A DNA stretch of 64,000 bases from an uncultured Candidatus Binatia bacterium (GTDB taxonomy: Bacteria; Desulfobacterota; Binatia; Bin18), in NCBI GenBank assembly GCA_965200125.1, contig OZ241332.1, positions 2,830,438 to 2,894,437 of the forward strand, written 5' to 3'. This document shows positions 26,974 to 37,761 of this stretch, piece by piece. The translations under genes and the position numbers were made by a program. How positions within the stretch are numbered: position 1 is the first letter of the stretch; each line of letters starts with the position of its first letter. The notes beneath the pieces are model-generated. The model was not told where the DNA came from. It made no database searches and was given only the letters and a program-made list of their open reading frames with translations.

Positions 26974-28059
26974 TCAGCCGGGCAGCAGCGCGGCGCGGGT
27001 TACTTCCTTGCGGTCCGATTTTTCCATGGCCTCGCCCGCGCGTTCGAGCGGGAATTCGGCGTCCACCAACTGTTCGTACGGATACGTGTCGATGTGGGCC
27101 GACAGAAAACGCAGCGCCTTGTGCAGATATTCGGGATTGTAGGTCGCCACGCCGATCATCTGGAGGGATTTGAACGTAATCAGCGCGGGTGGAACCTCGA
27201 CGGTCAGCCCGATCGCAATGTTCCCGATCTCGATCACCCGGCCGCCGTGCCGCGCCAAATTGATCGACTCCAGAAAGGCTTGCGGAACGCCGGCGACCTC
27301 CAGCACGACGTCGGCGCCGAGCCCGCCGGTGAGTTCGCGCACCCGGCCGGTGCGCGCCCGCGTGTCGGGATACTCGCGCATGTCGATCAGTTCGTCGGCT
27401 CCGAAGGCTTTGGCACGTTGCAGGCGTAAGTCCACCCCGTCGATCGCGATGACACGCGCACCGCGGGCCTTGGCGACCGCCATGGCGTGCAGACCCAGCC
27501 CGCCGGCCCCCTGCACGACGAGGCTTTCGTCATAGCGGAGGCCGGCTTGGTCGAGTCCGAAGAACACTTGCGACAGTGCGCAGTTCGCCGCGGACGCGGC
27601 ATGGTCCGGCACGTTGTCCGGCACCTTGTACACGTGCTGGCCGGGCTGCACGTAGTAATGCGTCGCAAACGGGGTGTGGAAATGGGGCGGATCGTGCGGG
27701 CCGACGCGCCGCGCGCGAATGCCCAGCACCACGCACGCGGCCGAGTTGCCGACGCAACAGTTCACGCAGTTGCCGCACGTCTCGTAGTACACCGGCGCGA
27801 TCCGATCGCCCGCTTTCAACGGCTGGCCGGCCGTATCTTTGGTCACGCCGTCACCGAGCTTGTACACGCGGCCGACCATCTCGTGGCCGGGCATGACGCC
27901 GCGCTTGCCGAACTCGCCGCGCCACATGTGCACCTCGGAACCGCACACGTTGGTACGCGTGACCTCGGCCAGAATCGCGCCCGGGGCGACCTCCGGCAGG
28001 TCGTACTCGAAGAATTCGATCGTGCGCGCCTTCGGAATGAAGCTGACGGTGCCCTTCAT
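26974..28059 (-). CDS. Zinc-binding alcohol dehydrogenase (MDR) family.
   Basis: GHEMVG and CGxCxxC structural-Zn motif. Rossmann motif GAGGLG. Confidence 0.85.
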   Translation of the reverse strand: MKGTVSFIPKARTIEFFEYDLPEVAPGAILAEVTRTNVCGSEVHMWRGEFGKRGVMPGHEMVGRVYKLGDGVTKDTAGQPLKAGDRIAPVYYETCGNCVNCCVGNSAACVVLGIRARRVGPHDPPHFHTPFATHYYVQPGQHVYKVPDNVPDHAASAANCALSQVFFGLDQAGLRYDESLVVQGAGGLGLHAMAVAKARGARVIAIDGVDLRLQRAKAFGADELIDMREYPDTRARTGRVRELTGGLGADVVLEVAGVPQAFLESINLARHGGRVIEIGNIAIGLTVEVPPALITFKSLQMIGVATYNPEYLHKALRFLSAHIDTYPYEQLVDAEFPLERAGEAMEKSDRKEVTRAALLPG

Positions 28060-28133
28060 CGTTGCCTCCTGTTCGGATTCCCAGGCCGTGCAGAAGCCCG
28101 GCTCGCCGGCGTGATGTATGAGAGTAGAGCAAA

Positions 28134-29801
28134 CTAGAACGTCGGCGGCACGTACTCGCCGAACGTTTCGCGGAGCGCGTCGGAAATTTCACCCAGTGTG
28201 GCGTATGCGCGCACCGCGTCGAGAATCGCCGGCATCAGATTCGTCCCGTCCCGAGCCGCGCGACTCACGCCGTCGAGTGCCGTTCGAGCCACCGCGGCGT
28301 TCCGTTCGGCGCGCACCGCGGCCACTTTTTCCTGCTGACGGCGTTCCAGGGCCAGATCGACCTTGAGCAGGTCGTCGTGCGCGTCCTCCGCAACCTGGAA
28401 GTCGTTGACGCCGACGATGATCTGCTCCCTGCTTTCGACCGCCCGCTGATACCGAAAGGCGGCCTCGTGAATCTCGCGTTGCTGAAACCCCGTCTCGATA
28501 GCCTTGACCGCGCCGCCGAGGGCGTCGATCCGGTCGATGTACGCGACCGCCTTGGCTTCCAACTCGTCCGTCAACGACTCGACGAAATACGACCCGGCCA
28601 ACGGATCGATGGTGTCGGCCACGCCCGACTCGTGCGCGATGACCTGCTGCGTCCGCAGGGCGACGCGCACCGCGTCTTCGGTCGGCAGGGCGAGCGCCTC
28701 GTCCTTCGAGTTGGTGTGCAGCGAGTTGGTGCCACCCAGGGCCGCGGCCAGGGCCTGGAGCGTCACCCGAATGACGTTGTTGTCGGGCTGCTGCGCAGTC
28801 AGCGTCGAACCCGCGGTCTGGGCGTGGGTGCGCAGCATCCAGGAGCGTGGGTTCTTGGCCCCGAACCGCTCCCTTATGATCCTGGCCCACAGCCGCCGTG
28901 CGGCGCGGAACTTCGCCACTTCTTCGAAGAAGTTGTTGTGGACGTTGAAAAAGAACGACAGCCGCGACGCGAAGCGGTCGACGTCCAGCCCGACCGACCG
29001 CGCCGCATCGACGTATGCGATCCCGTCGGCCAGCGTGAAGGCAATCTCCTGAGCCGCGGTCGAGCCGGCCTCGCGGATGTGGTAGCCGGAGATCGAAATC
29101 GTATTCCAGTTCGGCACCCGGTCCGCGCAGAACGCGAAAATGTCGGTGATGATGCGTAGCGACGGTCCAGGCGGATAGATGTACGTGCCGCGCGCGATGT
29201 ACTCCTTGAGCAAATCGTTCTGGATCGTACCGTTGACCTCGTCCCAGCCGACGCCCTGCTTTTCGGCGACGGCCAGATAGAGCGCCAGCAGGATGCCCGC
29301 GGTGGCGTTGATCGTCATCGAGGTGCTGACCTTCTCCAACGGAATCCCGTCCAGCAGAGTTTCCATGTCGGCCAGCGAATCGATCGCCACCCCGGCCCGA
29401 CCGACCTCGCCCGCGGCCAATGCGTGATCGGAGTCGCGGCCCATCTGGGTCGGCAGGTCGAAGGCGACCGACAATCCCGTCTGCCCCTGGTCGAGCAGAT
29501 AGCGGTAGCGGCGGTTGGACTCCTCGGCGGTTCCGAAGCCGGCATACTGCCGCATGGTCCAGAACCGCCCGCGGTACATCGTGGGCTGCACGCCGCGCGT
29601 GTAGGGATATCGGCCGGGGAAATCGAGCGTCTGCCGATAGTCGCGGCCGGCGGCGTCCTCGTCGGTGTACACCCGCTTGATCTCGATGCCCGACGACGTC
29701 TCGAACCGTTCTTTCCGTTCCGGGGAACGCGCGAGCGCCTTGCTCAGCACAGAGTCTTCCCAATCCTGACGGGCCTTGGCAGCCGTCTCCGCACTACTCA
29801 T
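28134..29801 (-). CDS. Methylmalonyl-CoA mutase family large (catalytic) subunit without a fused B12-binding domain (split acyl-CoA mutase).
   Basis: MCM N-terminal TIM-barrel motifs ([30 protein letters not shown]...LSVAFD). 555 aa. Confidence 0.85.
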   Translation of the reverse strand: MSSAETAAKARQDWEDSVLSKALARSPERKERFETSSGIEIKRVYTDEDAAGRDYRQTLDFPGRYPYTRGVQPTMYRGRFWTMRQYAGFGTAEESNRRYRYLLDQGQTGLSVAFDLPTQMGRDSDHALAAGEVGRAGVAIDSLADMETLLDGIPLEKVSTSMTINATAGILLALYLAVAEKQGVGWDEVNGTIQNDLLKEYIARGTYIYPPGPSLRIITDIFAFCADRVPNWNTISISGYHIREAGSTAAQEIAFTLADGIAYVDAARSVGLDVDRFASRLSFFFNVHNNFFEEVAKFRAARRLWARIIRERFGAKNPRSWMLRTHAQTAGSTLTAQQPDNNVIRVTLQALAAALGGTNSLHTNSKDEALALPTEDAVRVALRTQQVIAHESGVADTIDPLAGSYFVESLTDELEAKAVAYIDRIDALGGAVKAIETGFQQREIHEAAFRYQRAVESREQIIVGVNDFQVAEDAHDDLLKVDLALERRQQEKVAAVRAERNAAVARTALDGVSRAARDGTNLMPAILDAVRAYATLGEISDALRETFGEYVPPTF

Positions 29802-29996
29802 AGAACATCCTCGAATCGGTCGAAAAATGGGCTCCCTGCCTATAGTAAATCGGTAGGAGAGACAACGGCGACAAGAGCAGTGCCTTTGTTTATAGCCTCA
29901 ATGTCAAGGTTACGATCCAGAGTGGATGTTGCTGAAAGTTTTATCCAGCGCAACGCCTGCGGCTATCTAGAAATAGGAATGGGACCGAGAGAAGAA

Positions 29997-30080
29997 TGCC
30001 GGGAGCGAGACTCGAACTCGCACGCTGTCGCCAGCGGTGGATTTTGAGTCCACTGCGTCTTCCAATTCCGCCATCCCGGC
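29997..30080 (-). tRNA. tRNA-Leu (anticodon CAA), type II with a long variable arm.
   Basis: Cloverleaf built by hand: acceptor GCCGGGA/TCCCGGC, anticodon loop CTCAAAA, T-loop TTCGAGT, long variable arm CGCTGGCGACAGCG. Confidence 0.8.
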
Positions 30081-30242
30081 ACACGGCGATGGTGGAAACG
30101 GCAGGATATTACCGAGCAAATAAGCGGAATGGCAAGGGAGACCGGAGGCCGCTCGCTGGAAGTCGCCCGGCGAGTGTGCCATAGTTTCATCTTTGTACGT
30201 CTCGCATTCTCGATTATCTACCAAATCCAGGGGGAATTACCC

Positions 30243-32342
30243 GTGTCCGTGGTCAGTGCTCCGACCGATGTCGCTTTACAGATCGACGCCGCTATCGACG
30301 CGGCTGCGGCGTGGCTGTACCGGAATCAGGCCGCGGACGGCCACTGGGTCGGCAAGCTGGAATCCAACTGCTGCATGGAGGCACAGTGGCTGCTGGCCAT
30401 GCACTTTCTGGACTATCGGCACCCGCGGCAAGCGGACATCGTACAGACACTGCTGAACGCCCAACGCGACGACGGTTCCTGGGAGATTTACTACGACGCC
30501 CCGGACGGGGACATCAATACGACGGTCGAATGTTACGCGGCGTTGCGCGCCAACGGGTTCGGCCCGGACGACGCCCGGCTGCGCACGGCGCGCGAGTGGA
30601 TATTCGCGCACGGCGGATTGCGCGAGATGCGCGTGTTCTCCCGTTACTGGCTCGCGCTGATCGGCGAGTGGCCGTGGCACAAGACCCCCAACCTGCCGCC
30701 CGAGCCGATCTTTCTGCCGTATTGGGTCCCGCTCAACCTCTATCACTTCGCCTCCTGGGCACGCGCCACGGTCGTGCCGCTGGCGGTGCTGTCGGCCCGT
30801 CGGGTCTCGCGTCCGTTGCCGCGGGAATCCCGCCTGGACGAACTGTTCCCCGCCGGACGCGACCGGGCGGATTATGACCTGCCGGCGCGGGCGGGAGCCG
30901 GGGTGTGGCACAAAGTCTTTCTGGTGGTCGACAAGCTGCTCCACACATACCAAACGCTTGGCCAGGGCATCGGCCAAGCGGTCGGAAGACGCCGCGGCTT
31001 GCTGCCCGGCCGAGAATCCGCGGTGCGCAACTGCCTGGAGTGGGTGATCCGGCATCAGGACGCCGACGGCGCGTGGGGCGGCATTCAGCCCCCGTGGATC
31101 TACAGTCTGATGGCACTCAAGGTCGAAGGCTATCCGCTGTCCCATCCGGTCATGGCCAAGGGGCTGGCAGCCCTCGACGACCGCTGGTCCTACACCCGCG
31201 ACGGCGGCCTCCACATCCAAGCCAGCCAATCGCCGGTCTGGGATACGCTGTTGTCCATGCTGGCGCTGCTCGACTGCCGCTTCCAACTCCAACAATCGGA
31301 ACCGCTCCAGCAGGCGCTCGGTTGGGTGCTGGAGAAGGAGGTACGGACCTACGGCGACTGGCAATACACCGTCCCGGAGGCGAAGCCCGGAGGATGGGCC
31401 TTCGAATACGAGAACGCCGCGTATCCCGACGTCGACGACACCGCGGTGGCACTGATCGTGCTGGCCCGGTTGTGCGCCCACGGCCCGCATGAACCGCGCT
31501 TCGAGGCCGCGATCTCGCGTGCCGTGGACTGGATGCTGGCCATGCAGTCGGACAACGGCGGCTGGGCCGCGTTCGACAAGAACAACGACCGGGGGCTCCT
31601 GACCAAGACGCCGTTTGCCGATTTCGGCGAGGCGCTCGACCCCCCCAGCGCAGACGTGACCGCCCACGTGCTGGAAGCCCTGGGTCTGCTCGGCTACGAC
31701 CGAACCCACCCCGCGGTTGCGCGCGGCCGCGCCTATCTCCTGGCCGAGCAGGAGCCGGAGGGAAGTTGGTTCGGCCGCTGGGGCGTGAACCACATCTACG
31801 GCACGGCCGCGGTGCTTCCCGCACTGCATGCAATCGGCGAGGACATGCACGCGACTCACATCCTGCTTGCTGCCCGCTGGCTCGTCGACCATCAGAACCA
31901 GGACGGCGGGTGGGGCGAAACCTGTGCTTCGTACGTGGACGACCGCTTGCGCGGGACCGGACCCAGCACCGCATCGCAAACCGCCTGGGCGCTGCTCGCG
32001 CTTTTATCCGTGGTCGGACACGATTTCGATGCCGCCATCCGTAGTGGGCTCGACTACCTGCTGCGCACGCAGCGCGACGGCACGTGGGACGAACGCTACT
32101 ACACCGGGACCGGATTTCCGGGCTATGGTACGGGTGCCCGCACGAATTTCCGCCTCCGGGAAATGAAACGGCTCTTTCAACAAGGCACGGAACTCCAACG
32201 CGGAGTCATGATCAATTACAACATGTACCGTCACTATTTCCCGCTCATGGCGCTGGGCCGCGCTCGTGCATATTTCCAGGCCGAGCCGCTTCAGGAAACG
32301 CCGGAAGCGGCTCGATACGCTCCCTCTTCGATTTCGGCGTGA
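30243..32342 (+). CDS. shc: Squalene-hopene cyclase.
   Basis: Several QW motifs (QAADGHW, QRDDGSW, QNQDGGWGE, QRDGTW) and the DVDDTA catalytic motif. AGGGGGAA RBS before the GTG at 30243. Confidence 0.9.
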   Translation: MSVVSAPTDVALQIDAAIDAAAAWLYRNQAADGHWVGKLESNCCMEAQWLLAMHFLDYRHPRQADIVQTLLNAQRDDGSWEIYYDAPDGDINTTVECYAALRANGFGPDDARLRTAREWIFAHGGLREMRVFSRYWLALIGEWPWHKTPNLPPEPIFLPYWVPLNLYHFASWARATVVPLAVLSARRVSRPLPRESRLDELFPAGRDRADYDLPARAGAGVWHKVFLVVDKLLHTYQTLGQGIGQAVGRRRGLLPGRESAVRNCLEWVIRHQDADGAWGGIQPPWIYSLMALKVEGYPLSHPVMAKGLAALDDRWSYTRDGGLHIQASQSPVWDTLLSMLALLDCRFQLQQSEPLQQALGWVLEKEVRTYGDWQYTVPEAKPGGWAFEYENAAYPDVDDTAVALIVLARLCAHGPHEPRFEAAISRAVDWMLAMQSDNGGWAAFDKNNDRGLLTKTPFADFGEALDPPSADVTAHVLEALGLLGYDRTHPAVARGRAYLLAEQEPEGSWFGRWGVNHIYGTAAVLPALHAIGEDMHATHILLAARWLVDHQNQDGGWGETCASYVDDRLRGTGPSTASQTAWALLALLSVVGHDFDAAIRSGLDYLLRTQRDGTWDERYYTGTGFPGYGTGARTNFRLREMKRLFQQGTELQRGVMINYNMYRHYFPLMALGRARAYFQAEPLQETPEAARYAPSSISA

Positions 32343-32548
32343 CATGGCGCCTCCTCTCTGCTCTTCGCAACATATTCTCCCGTTATGCTCAGGATGTTCT
32401 CTCCCCACTAATACGGGGTAGCGAGCTCATGAGCATCCATGACATCACAGCCCAGACATTGTTTAGACAGGTTGGTGTTACGTCTGCTTATCTCCCGATA
32501 TGGGCTGACTAACTGATTAGAGCTTCTGACAGAAGCTGAGAGGCTTCG

Positions 32549-34594
32549 ATGCTTGGACTCGTGTCACGAAACTGTCCGTCACCTGTTCGCAACAATTCAA
32601 TCTTGAGGATGCTCATCTTCCTCGTCGTCCCTTCCCTACTTCACATTCCAATTTTGTATTACTCATTAACGACGCCTTTTGGTCTGGTAGATGATTACGT
32701 ACTCTCGGGACATGTGCGCATATTCAATGATTCGTTTTTGGGCTGGTTGGACCGAACATTCCTGAATTTTAGCGACAGCCGTGCGAGATATAGACCTTTT
32801 TGGGAGATCTATAATGCGATTACATGGAGTCTTTTTGGTGCAACCCCATGGATGCATCACCTGAGCCGATGGATATTGCACTTTGGCGCGGTTTTTACTT
32901 TCTATGCTGCCTTTCGTGTTTTTTCTCGGAAATCGTCGGCAGCAAATTCTACCGTCCCGGCCGAATGCGAGAAGCTTGACGATCTGCTGCCTCTGATTTT
33001 CCTGGTGTACATCTATGTTTTCTTTCCGAACTCGCCCAGCTCCCGGTTGGGCCCCTTGGAAGTTTACACTGTCTCCTTTTTCGGCTTGTGCACCTGGATG
33101 ACAGCCCTCATGCTTTCCAAGAGGAGCAGGAGCAGAACATCTTCATCAATCCTGGAGCACGTCGTGTTCCACGTGGGCTACGTAGGCATCTGTTGGTCCA
33201 AGGAAGTTGGCGTCGCCGTAGCGGCATGGATATTAGTATTTTATTATGTTTTTCTCGTACCCGGGAACAACTGGAAAAAATTCATGAGCAGCACACCGCT
33301 GGCCCTGATCTTCTTTCACACTACTGGAATGGTGTACGTAGCCTCGAAAACGTCCGGCACCGGCTATAAGAACATCGGCGTCGTGCCAGAACCATTTTAT
33401 GAAAACGCAATAAGACTCCTCAAAGGGCTGTTTCAGATAGAGACGTCTCTGGGACTTACCGTCGGGTTCACTATTTTGTCCGTGATATCGCTCCTCTCCG
33501 TTGTCATCAAAATCGTCAATCGAAGACTCACAAATGAAAGTCTTTTTTTTCTGTTTCTCCTCGGCAGCTTTATGAGCATGTTCTCATTCCTCAGTTTGTC
33601 CTACGGCGTCGCGCTCCGCTACTGGTACGTCCTCATACCGGTATTTGCGATGTTGCTAGCTTTTTCCGTAAAAATCATCGTTGAAACTACCTGGCGACGT
33701 CATGCAATATTCACGTACCTGGGAGTGACCACATTAACCGGCTTTGTTGTGTTTTTCGTGGTTGTCAATTATTGCAATTTTCTATTCCAGACGACCGTTC
33801 AACATGCTCTGCGTTATGCTGATGGACGTTTGGTATCCGAAGTCTTCCATCTTATCGATCGGGGAGAGCACGTACAAATAGATCATACCGGGGCTTATGT
33901 TGAGAACCAACTTCTTTATTCTTTACCCCGTCATTCCGCTTATTTTCATCATCGAAATCTCCGCGTACGTAAAGACAAACCGGAAGTAGGAAGAGAGTAT
34001 TTCTTCATCACAAGGAGAACGTTGCCGGTCCTCGGAGATCCGCCTGTGACGATAGTCCCTTATTCGAACTACCCCCTCTTGTCGTATGCCTCGAGGATAG
34101 CAAGTTTCCTTCAAGGGAAGCCTGCATTCCTTGAAACGGACGGCGGGGTCCACTCCCCCGATCAGTACCAATGGAACATCCATCGTCTGACAAATGGAGA
34201 AGTCGAACTTTCTGTTCCTTCTGAAGCCCAAAAGCTTCTGATCCGTTCCAAATTCGATGTATACTTCAACCACGCTCAGAACATGCTGACTTTCTTTAAG
34301 GAATCCTGTCGGAAGGAGGACCTCCGCGCACCGTTTTTCCTGCACGTCATTCCCGTTGACATAGAAGATTTGCCCGAGCCCCGCAGAGAATATGGCTTCG
34401 ACAATCTGGACTTCTTCTTCCACGACTACGGGATACTGGACGGGAGCAACTGCGCGGCAGCACGGAGGCTTCCCGACTACCCGATCTCCAAAATTTCCAC
34501 TGGGCAGTACATTGACGAAGCCCGTCTATGGGAAGGGAGCAGCGAGCTTGATGGGCAATCGGGCAGCGACCTTCTCCCCTTTACAATGCCTTGA
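32549..34594 (+). CDS. Low-GC (about 47%) polytopic membrane protein with a C-terminal soluble domain, possibly a GT-C-fold glycosyltransferase (ArnT/PMT-like).
   Basis: About 12 TM helices. DD motif in the first loop (FGLVDDYV). Compositionally foreign. The family assignment is inferred. Confidence 0.4.
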   Translation: MLGLVSRNCPSPVRNNSILRMLIFLVVPSLLHIPILYYSLTTPFGLVDDYVLSGHVRIFNDSFLGWLDRTFLNFSDSRARYRPFWEIYNAITWSLFGATPWMHHLSRWILHFGAVFTFYAAFRVFSRKSSAANSTVPAECEKLDDLLPLIFLVYIYVFFPNSPSSRLGPLEVYTVSFFGLCTWMTALMLSKRSRSRTSSSILEHVVFHVGYVGICWSKEVGVAVAAWILVFYYVFLVPGNNWKKFMSSTPLALIFFHTTGMVYVASKTSGTGYKNIGVVPEPFYENAIRLLKGLFQIETSLGLTVGFTILSVISLLSVVIKIVNRRLTNESLFFLFLLGSFMSMFSFLSLSYGVALRYWYVLIPVFAMLLAFSVKIIVETTWRRHAIFTYLGVTTLTGFVVFFVVVNYCNFLFQTTVQHALRYADGRLVSEVFHLIDRGEHVQIDHTGAYVENQLLYSLPRHSAYFHHRNLRVRKDKPEVGREYFFITRRTLPVLGDPPVTIVPYSNYPLLSYASRIASFLQGKPAFLETDGGVHSPDQYQWNIHRLTNGEVELSVPSEAQKLLIRSKFDVYFNHAQNMLTFFKESCRKEDLRAPFFLHVIPVDIEDLPEPRREYGFDNLDFFFHDYGILDGSNCAAARRLPDYPISKISTGQYIDEARLWEGSSELDGQSGSDLLPFTMP

Positions 34595-35498
34595 CGTCGG
34601 CGTACGTGCCCACGTCGATGCCGAACGATTCGGCTTGGTGGAGCAGGTCGAGCGCGTTGCGCACGTGAGCGTAGTCGATCATCATCCCGTCGTACGTGAC
34701 CGCGGCCTTGCCGGCCTGCTCCGCGTCGGCCATGGCTTGCAACACTCCCTTGTTCCATTCGATCTCTTCGGGAGACGGAGAAAATATCTCGTTGGCAATC
34801 GGCACCGCGGACGGATGGATCAGCAGACAGCCCCGAAAGCCGATCTCCCGCCCGCGCTGAATCTGGGCGCGCACCAGATCCAGGTCGCCGACCTCCAGCG
34901 ATCCGCCGCCGATCGGATATTCGATCCCCGCGGCGCGTGCAGCCAAAAGGAGATGCGAGGCCATGTACAGCGTTTCGAGTCCCGAGCGCGTCCACTTGTA
35001 GCCGATCGCCTTGGTCACGTCGCCCGAGCGCGCTCCCACTGCACCGAGAATATTGCCGACGCGCGGACACGCGGTGGCGAGCTTGTAAGCGTCCATGATG
35101 CCGCGCGCCGTCTCCGGCAGCACCATGATTTCGATTCCGCCGACAGGCAGGTCTGCCTTGCGTTCGAACAACTCCAACCACGCGTCGACTTTGAGGACAT
35201 CTTCGACCTTCTCCAGCTTGGGCACTGCGACGGCGTCGAGCCCCTCGGTCACGACCGCTTCCACGTCTTCGCCCGTCAGGCCGGTATCCACACCATTCAG
35301 CCGTACGAACGCCCCAACTCCGCGACCGCGCAAGCCTTCGATTCCCTCGCGCACCACTTGCCGAGCCTGAGACTTTTCCGCAATCGGAACCGCGTCCTCC
35401 AGATCGATCATCAGCGCATCCGGCCCGTACTTCGGCGCCTTGGCGATCCAGTCGGGGCGGTTCCCCGGCACGAACAGGCTCGACCGATACAGCTTCAT
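34581..35498 (-). CDS. HpcH/HpaI aldolase / citrate lyase beta (CitE)-like CoA-ester lyase.
   Basis: CitE-family motifs (SLFVPGNRPDWIAKAPKYGPDALMIDLEDAV). Confidence 0.85.
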   Translation of the reverse strand: MKLYRSSLFVPGNRPDWIAKAPKYGPDALMIDLEDAVPIAEKSQARQVVREGIEGLRGRGVGAFVRLNGVDTGLTGEDVEAVVTEGLDAVAVPKLEKVEDVLKVDAWLELFERKADLPVGGIEIMVLPETARGIMDAYKLATACPRVGNILGAVGARSGDVTKAIGYKWTRSGLETLYMASHLLLAARAAGIEYPIGGGSLEVGDLDLVRAQIQRGREIGFRGCLLIHPSAVPIANEIFSPSPEEIEWNKGVLQAMADAEQAGKAAVTYDGMMIDYAHVRNALDLLHQAESFGIDVGTYADVKAL

Positions 35499-35969
35499 AC
35501 TCGGCTTCCTTCACAACGCGAAGAGTGCGGCAGGCATAGCCTGTCGGCTCGATTGACGTCAACGTTGGGCGGCAGGAGGATCGGTCCTATTCGGTCCAGG
35601 CATCAGGGACAGGCGGGACGCGCAAGCGTTCGGGGATGCGGTCCACGCCGATCCGGCGGTCCAGTGCTTGGTGCCAGTGGCAGATGTGCCGCTCCTGGTA
35701 GTTACGTGTCCGCGTTGCGATTAGAGATGTCGCCGAAAGCCTGCGCGCCACGTAGAAGAGACTTGACACGACGCCCCGAAAATCTGCCCGTTCCTACCCG
35801 TTTCTTTTGAAGACGGTCAAGCTGAATCCCGCGGAGTTGACACGGCTTCGGGTCTGCCGGTAGGGTTCGGGCTTCGCATTTCCCGACTCACGAAGCGGTC
35901 GACACTGACCGGTCTGCTTGACCCGTTTCCACTCAACCGCAGAAAAAAGGAAGAAGGAGGACGCCACTC

Positions 35970-37073
35970 ATGGCCGCCACACACATGACGCCGATGGAAA
36001 TCGGCATGGCGACGATCTGTCAGAACCCGGACCAGCGCATTTCGGATTACGAGGTGTACAAGAACGAAATCCGGCTCGCCGACTTGGCCGAACCGCTCGG
36101 CTTCGACTCGATCTGGAGCGTCGAGCACCACTTCACCGACTACACCATGGTGCCCGACGTGATGCAGTTCCTATCGTACATGGCAGGCCGTACTAAACAC
36201 ATCAAACTCGGCTCGATGGTCATCGTGCTGCCCTGGCACGATCCCATGCGCGCGGCCGAGCAGGTCGCCATGCTGGACGACCTGTGCGACGGGCGCCTGA
36301 TTCTGGGCATGGGCCGCGGGGCCGGCCAAGTCGAGTTCGAAGGCTTCCGCCTCGACATGGGCGAGTCGCGCGAACGCTTCGTCGAAGCCGCGGACATGGT
36401 GCTGACCGGCCTGGAGCAAGGGTATTGCGAGTACGAAGGCAAGTTCTATTCGCAGCCGCGCAAAGACATCCGGCCCAAGCCGTTCAAGTCGTTCAAGGGC
36501 CGCACGTACGCGGCCGCGGTGTCCCCGGAGTCCTCGGAGATCATGGCCCGGCTGGGCATCGGCATTCTCATCATCCCACAGAAGCCGTGGGAAGACGTGG
36601 CGGTCGAACTGGACAACTATCGGGCCGTCTATCGGGACGTGAACGGCACCGAGGCGCCGCCGCCGGTGGGCGCGGGCTGGGTGTTCTGCGATGCGGACGC
36701 CGGCCGGGCCGAGAAAATGGCTCGCACATACATCGGGGCCTACTGGCGCTCCGCCCTCAAGCACTACAACTTCGGCGGCGAACACTTCGCCAAAACCAAG
36801 GGCTACGAGTTCTACGGCAAGATGGCGGACGCCCTGAGCAGCAACGGCGTGGACGGTATCACCGATTTCTTCCTCAACCTGCAAGTCTGGGGCACGCCCG
36901 AACAATGTTTCGAGAAAATCCTCGACATCCGCGAGAAGATCGGCTGCGATTCCTACACCGGCGTCTTCAGCTACGGCGGCATGCCATACGAAGAGAGTGA
37001 GCGCAGCATGCGGCTGTTCGCCGAAGAGGTGGCGCCGCAATTGCAACGGCTGGGCGAGCGGGCGGTCGCCTGA
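35970..37073 (+). CDS. LLM class flavin-dependent oxidoreductase (bacterial luciferase family).
   Basis: AAGGAGGA RBS. Luciferase-like motifs (FDSIWSVEHHF, LILGMGRG). Confidence 0.85.
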   Translation: MAATHMTPMEIGMATICQNPDQRISDYEVYKNEIRLADLAEPLGFDSIWSVEHHFTDYTMVPDVMQFLSYMAGRTKHIKLGSMVIVLPWHDPMRAAEQVAMLDDLCDGRLILGMGRGAGQVEFEGFRLDMGESRERFVEAADMVLTGLEQGYCEYEGKFYSQPRKDIRPKPFKSFKGRTYAAAVSPESSEIMARLGIGILIIPQKPWEDVAVELDNYRAVYRDVNGTEAPPPVGAGWVFCDADAGRAEKMARTYIGAYWRSALKHYNFGGEHFAKTKGYEFYGKMADALSSNGVDGITDFFLNLQVWGTPEQCFEKILDIREKIGCDSYTGVFSYGGMPYEESERSMRLFAEEVAPQLQRLGERAVA

Positions 37074-37106
37074 TCGCGCCGTCGTTCAACCGTCGGGCCT
37101 ATGAAA

Positions 37107-37150
37107 AGACGCCTTCTCCCGCCACCGGGAGAAGGCGTCTTTCTTTTTTC
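37107..37150 (+). terminator. Intrinsic terminator agacgccttctcccg-ccac-cgggagaaggcgtct plus ttcttttttc.
   Basis: Perfect 15-bp stem and a T-tract. Confidence 0.8.
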
Positions 37151-37165
37151 TTTCCTACGCACTCC

Positions 37166-37636
37166 ATGCGATCCCGTCCCGGTACCTACGCGCTCGTCCT
37201 CCGCGCCACGCAGCAGAAGAACGTCCAAGTTGGTCGGTTGGGCAAGCTTGCGATGCAACAGGGCTTCTACGTTTACATCGGTAGCGCCCTAGGGCCGGGT
37301 GGGTTGAAGGCGCGGGTCGGTCGTCATCTGCGGCCCGCGGCACGTCCACACTGGCACATCGACTATCTGCGTCGGGAAACCGAATGGGTAGCCGTCTGGT
37401 ACGCTTACGTTGTCAGCCGGCGGGAATGTGCCTGGGCCGACGCTTTTTCCAATTTGAGAAGAAGCGAGATTCCGCTTTTCGGCTTCGGCTCGTCGGACTG
37501 CCGGTGTCCGGCGCATTTGTATTTCTTCGATCGGATGCCGCTGCTGCGAACCTTCAGAAACGCAATCACGGACTGCGAGACGGAACCGTGTGTTCTCAAT
37601 GAACATCTGGACGGGAACACAGAAATGGGAATCTAG
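37166..37636 (+). CDS. DUF123 (GIY-YIG/Uri-like endonuclease superfamily) protein.
   Basis: GTYALVLR...VGRLG...GFYVYIGSA...GGLKARVGRH...HWHIDYL matches the DUF123 pattern. Confidence 0.65.
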   Translation: MRSRPGTYALVLRATQQKNVQVGRLGKLAMQQGFYVYIGSALGPGGLKARVGRHLRPAARPHWHIDYLRRETEWVAVWYAYVVSRRECAWADAFSNLRRSEIPLFGFGSSDCRCPAHLYFFDRMPLLRTFRNAITDCETEPCVLNEHLDGNTEMGI

Positions 37637-37761
37637 GTTCCCTCCTTGATAAAGGTCCATCCGTTAAAGGCTCTTCACCTTCCCCCTCTCCCCCCAGAGG
37701 AGGAGGGATGGAAAGACGCCGAAAAAATGACTTCGAACCGATCGGCTGTCAGATGCCAGCG

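Noticed and set aside
26974-26976. TGA stop of the alcohol dehydrogenase, in frame with the thioesterase gene
   Set aside because: Same reasoning. No motif context, and the intervening translation (RVRGGRSDR...) is junk.
30276-31979. 567-aa minus-strand ORF inside shc
   Set aside because: Antisense of a gene with unmistakable squalene-hopene cyclase motifs.
35970-37073. LLM gene as a LuxA/B luciferase partner of the LuxC/LuxE genes
   Set aside because: It is 18 kb from luxCE and a single copy (no alpha/beta pair), and the LLM family is very broad. Bioluminescence is not supported.
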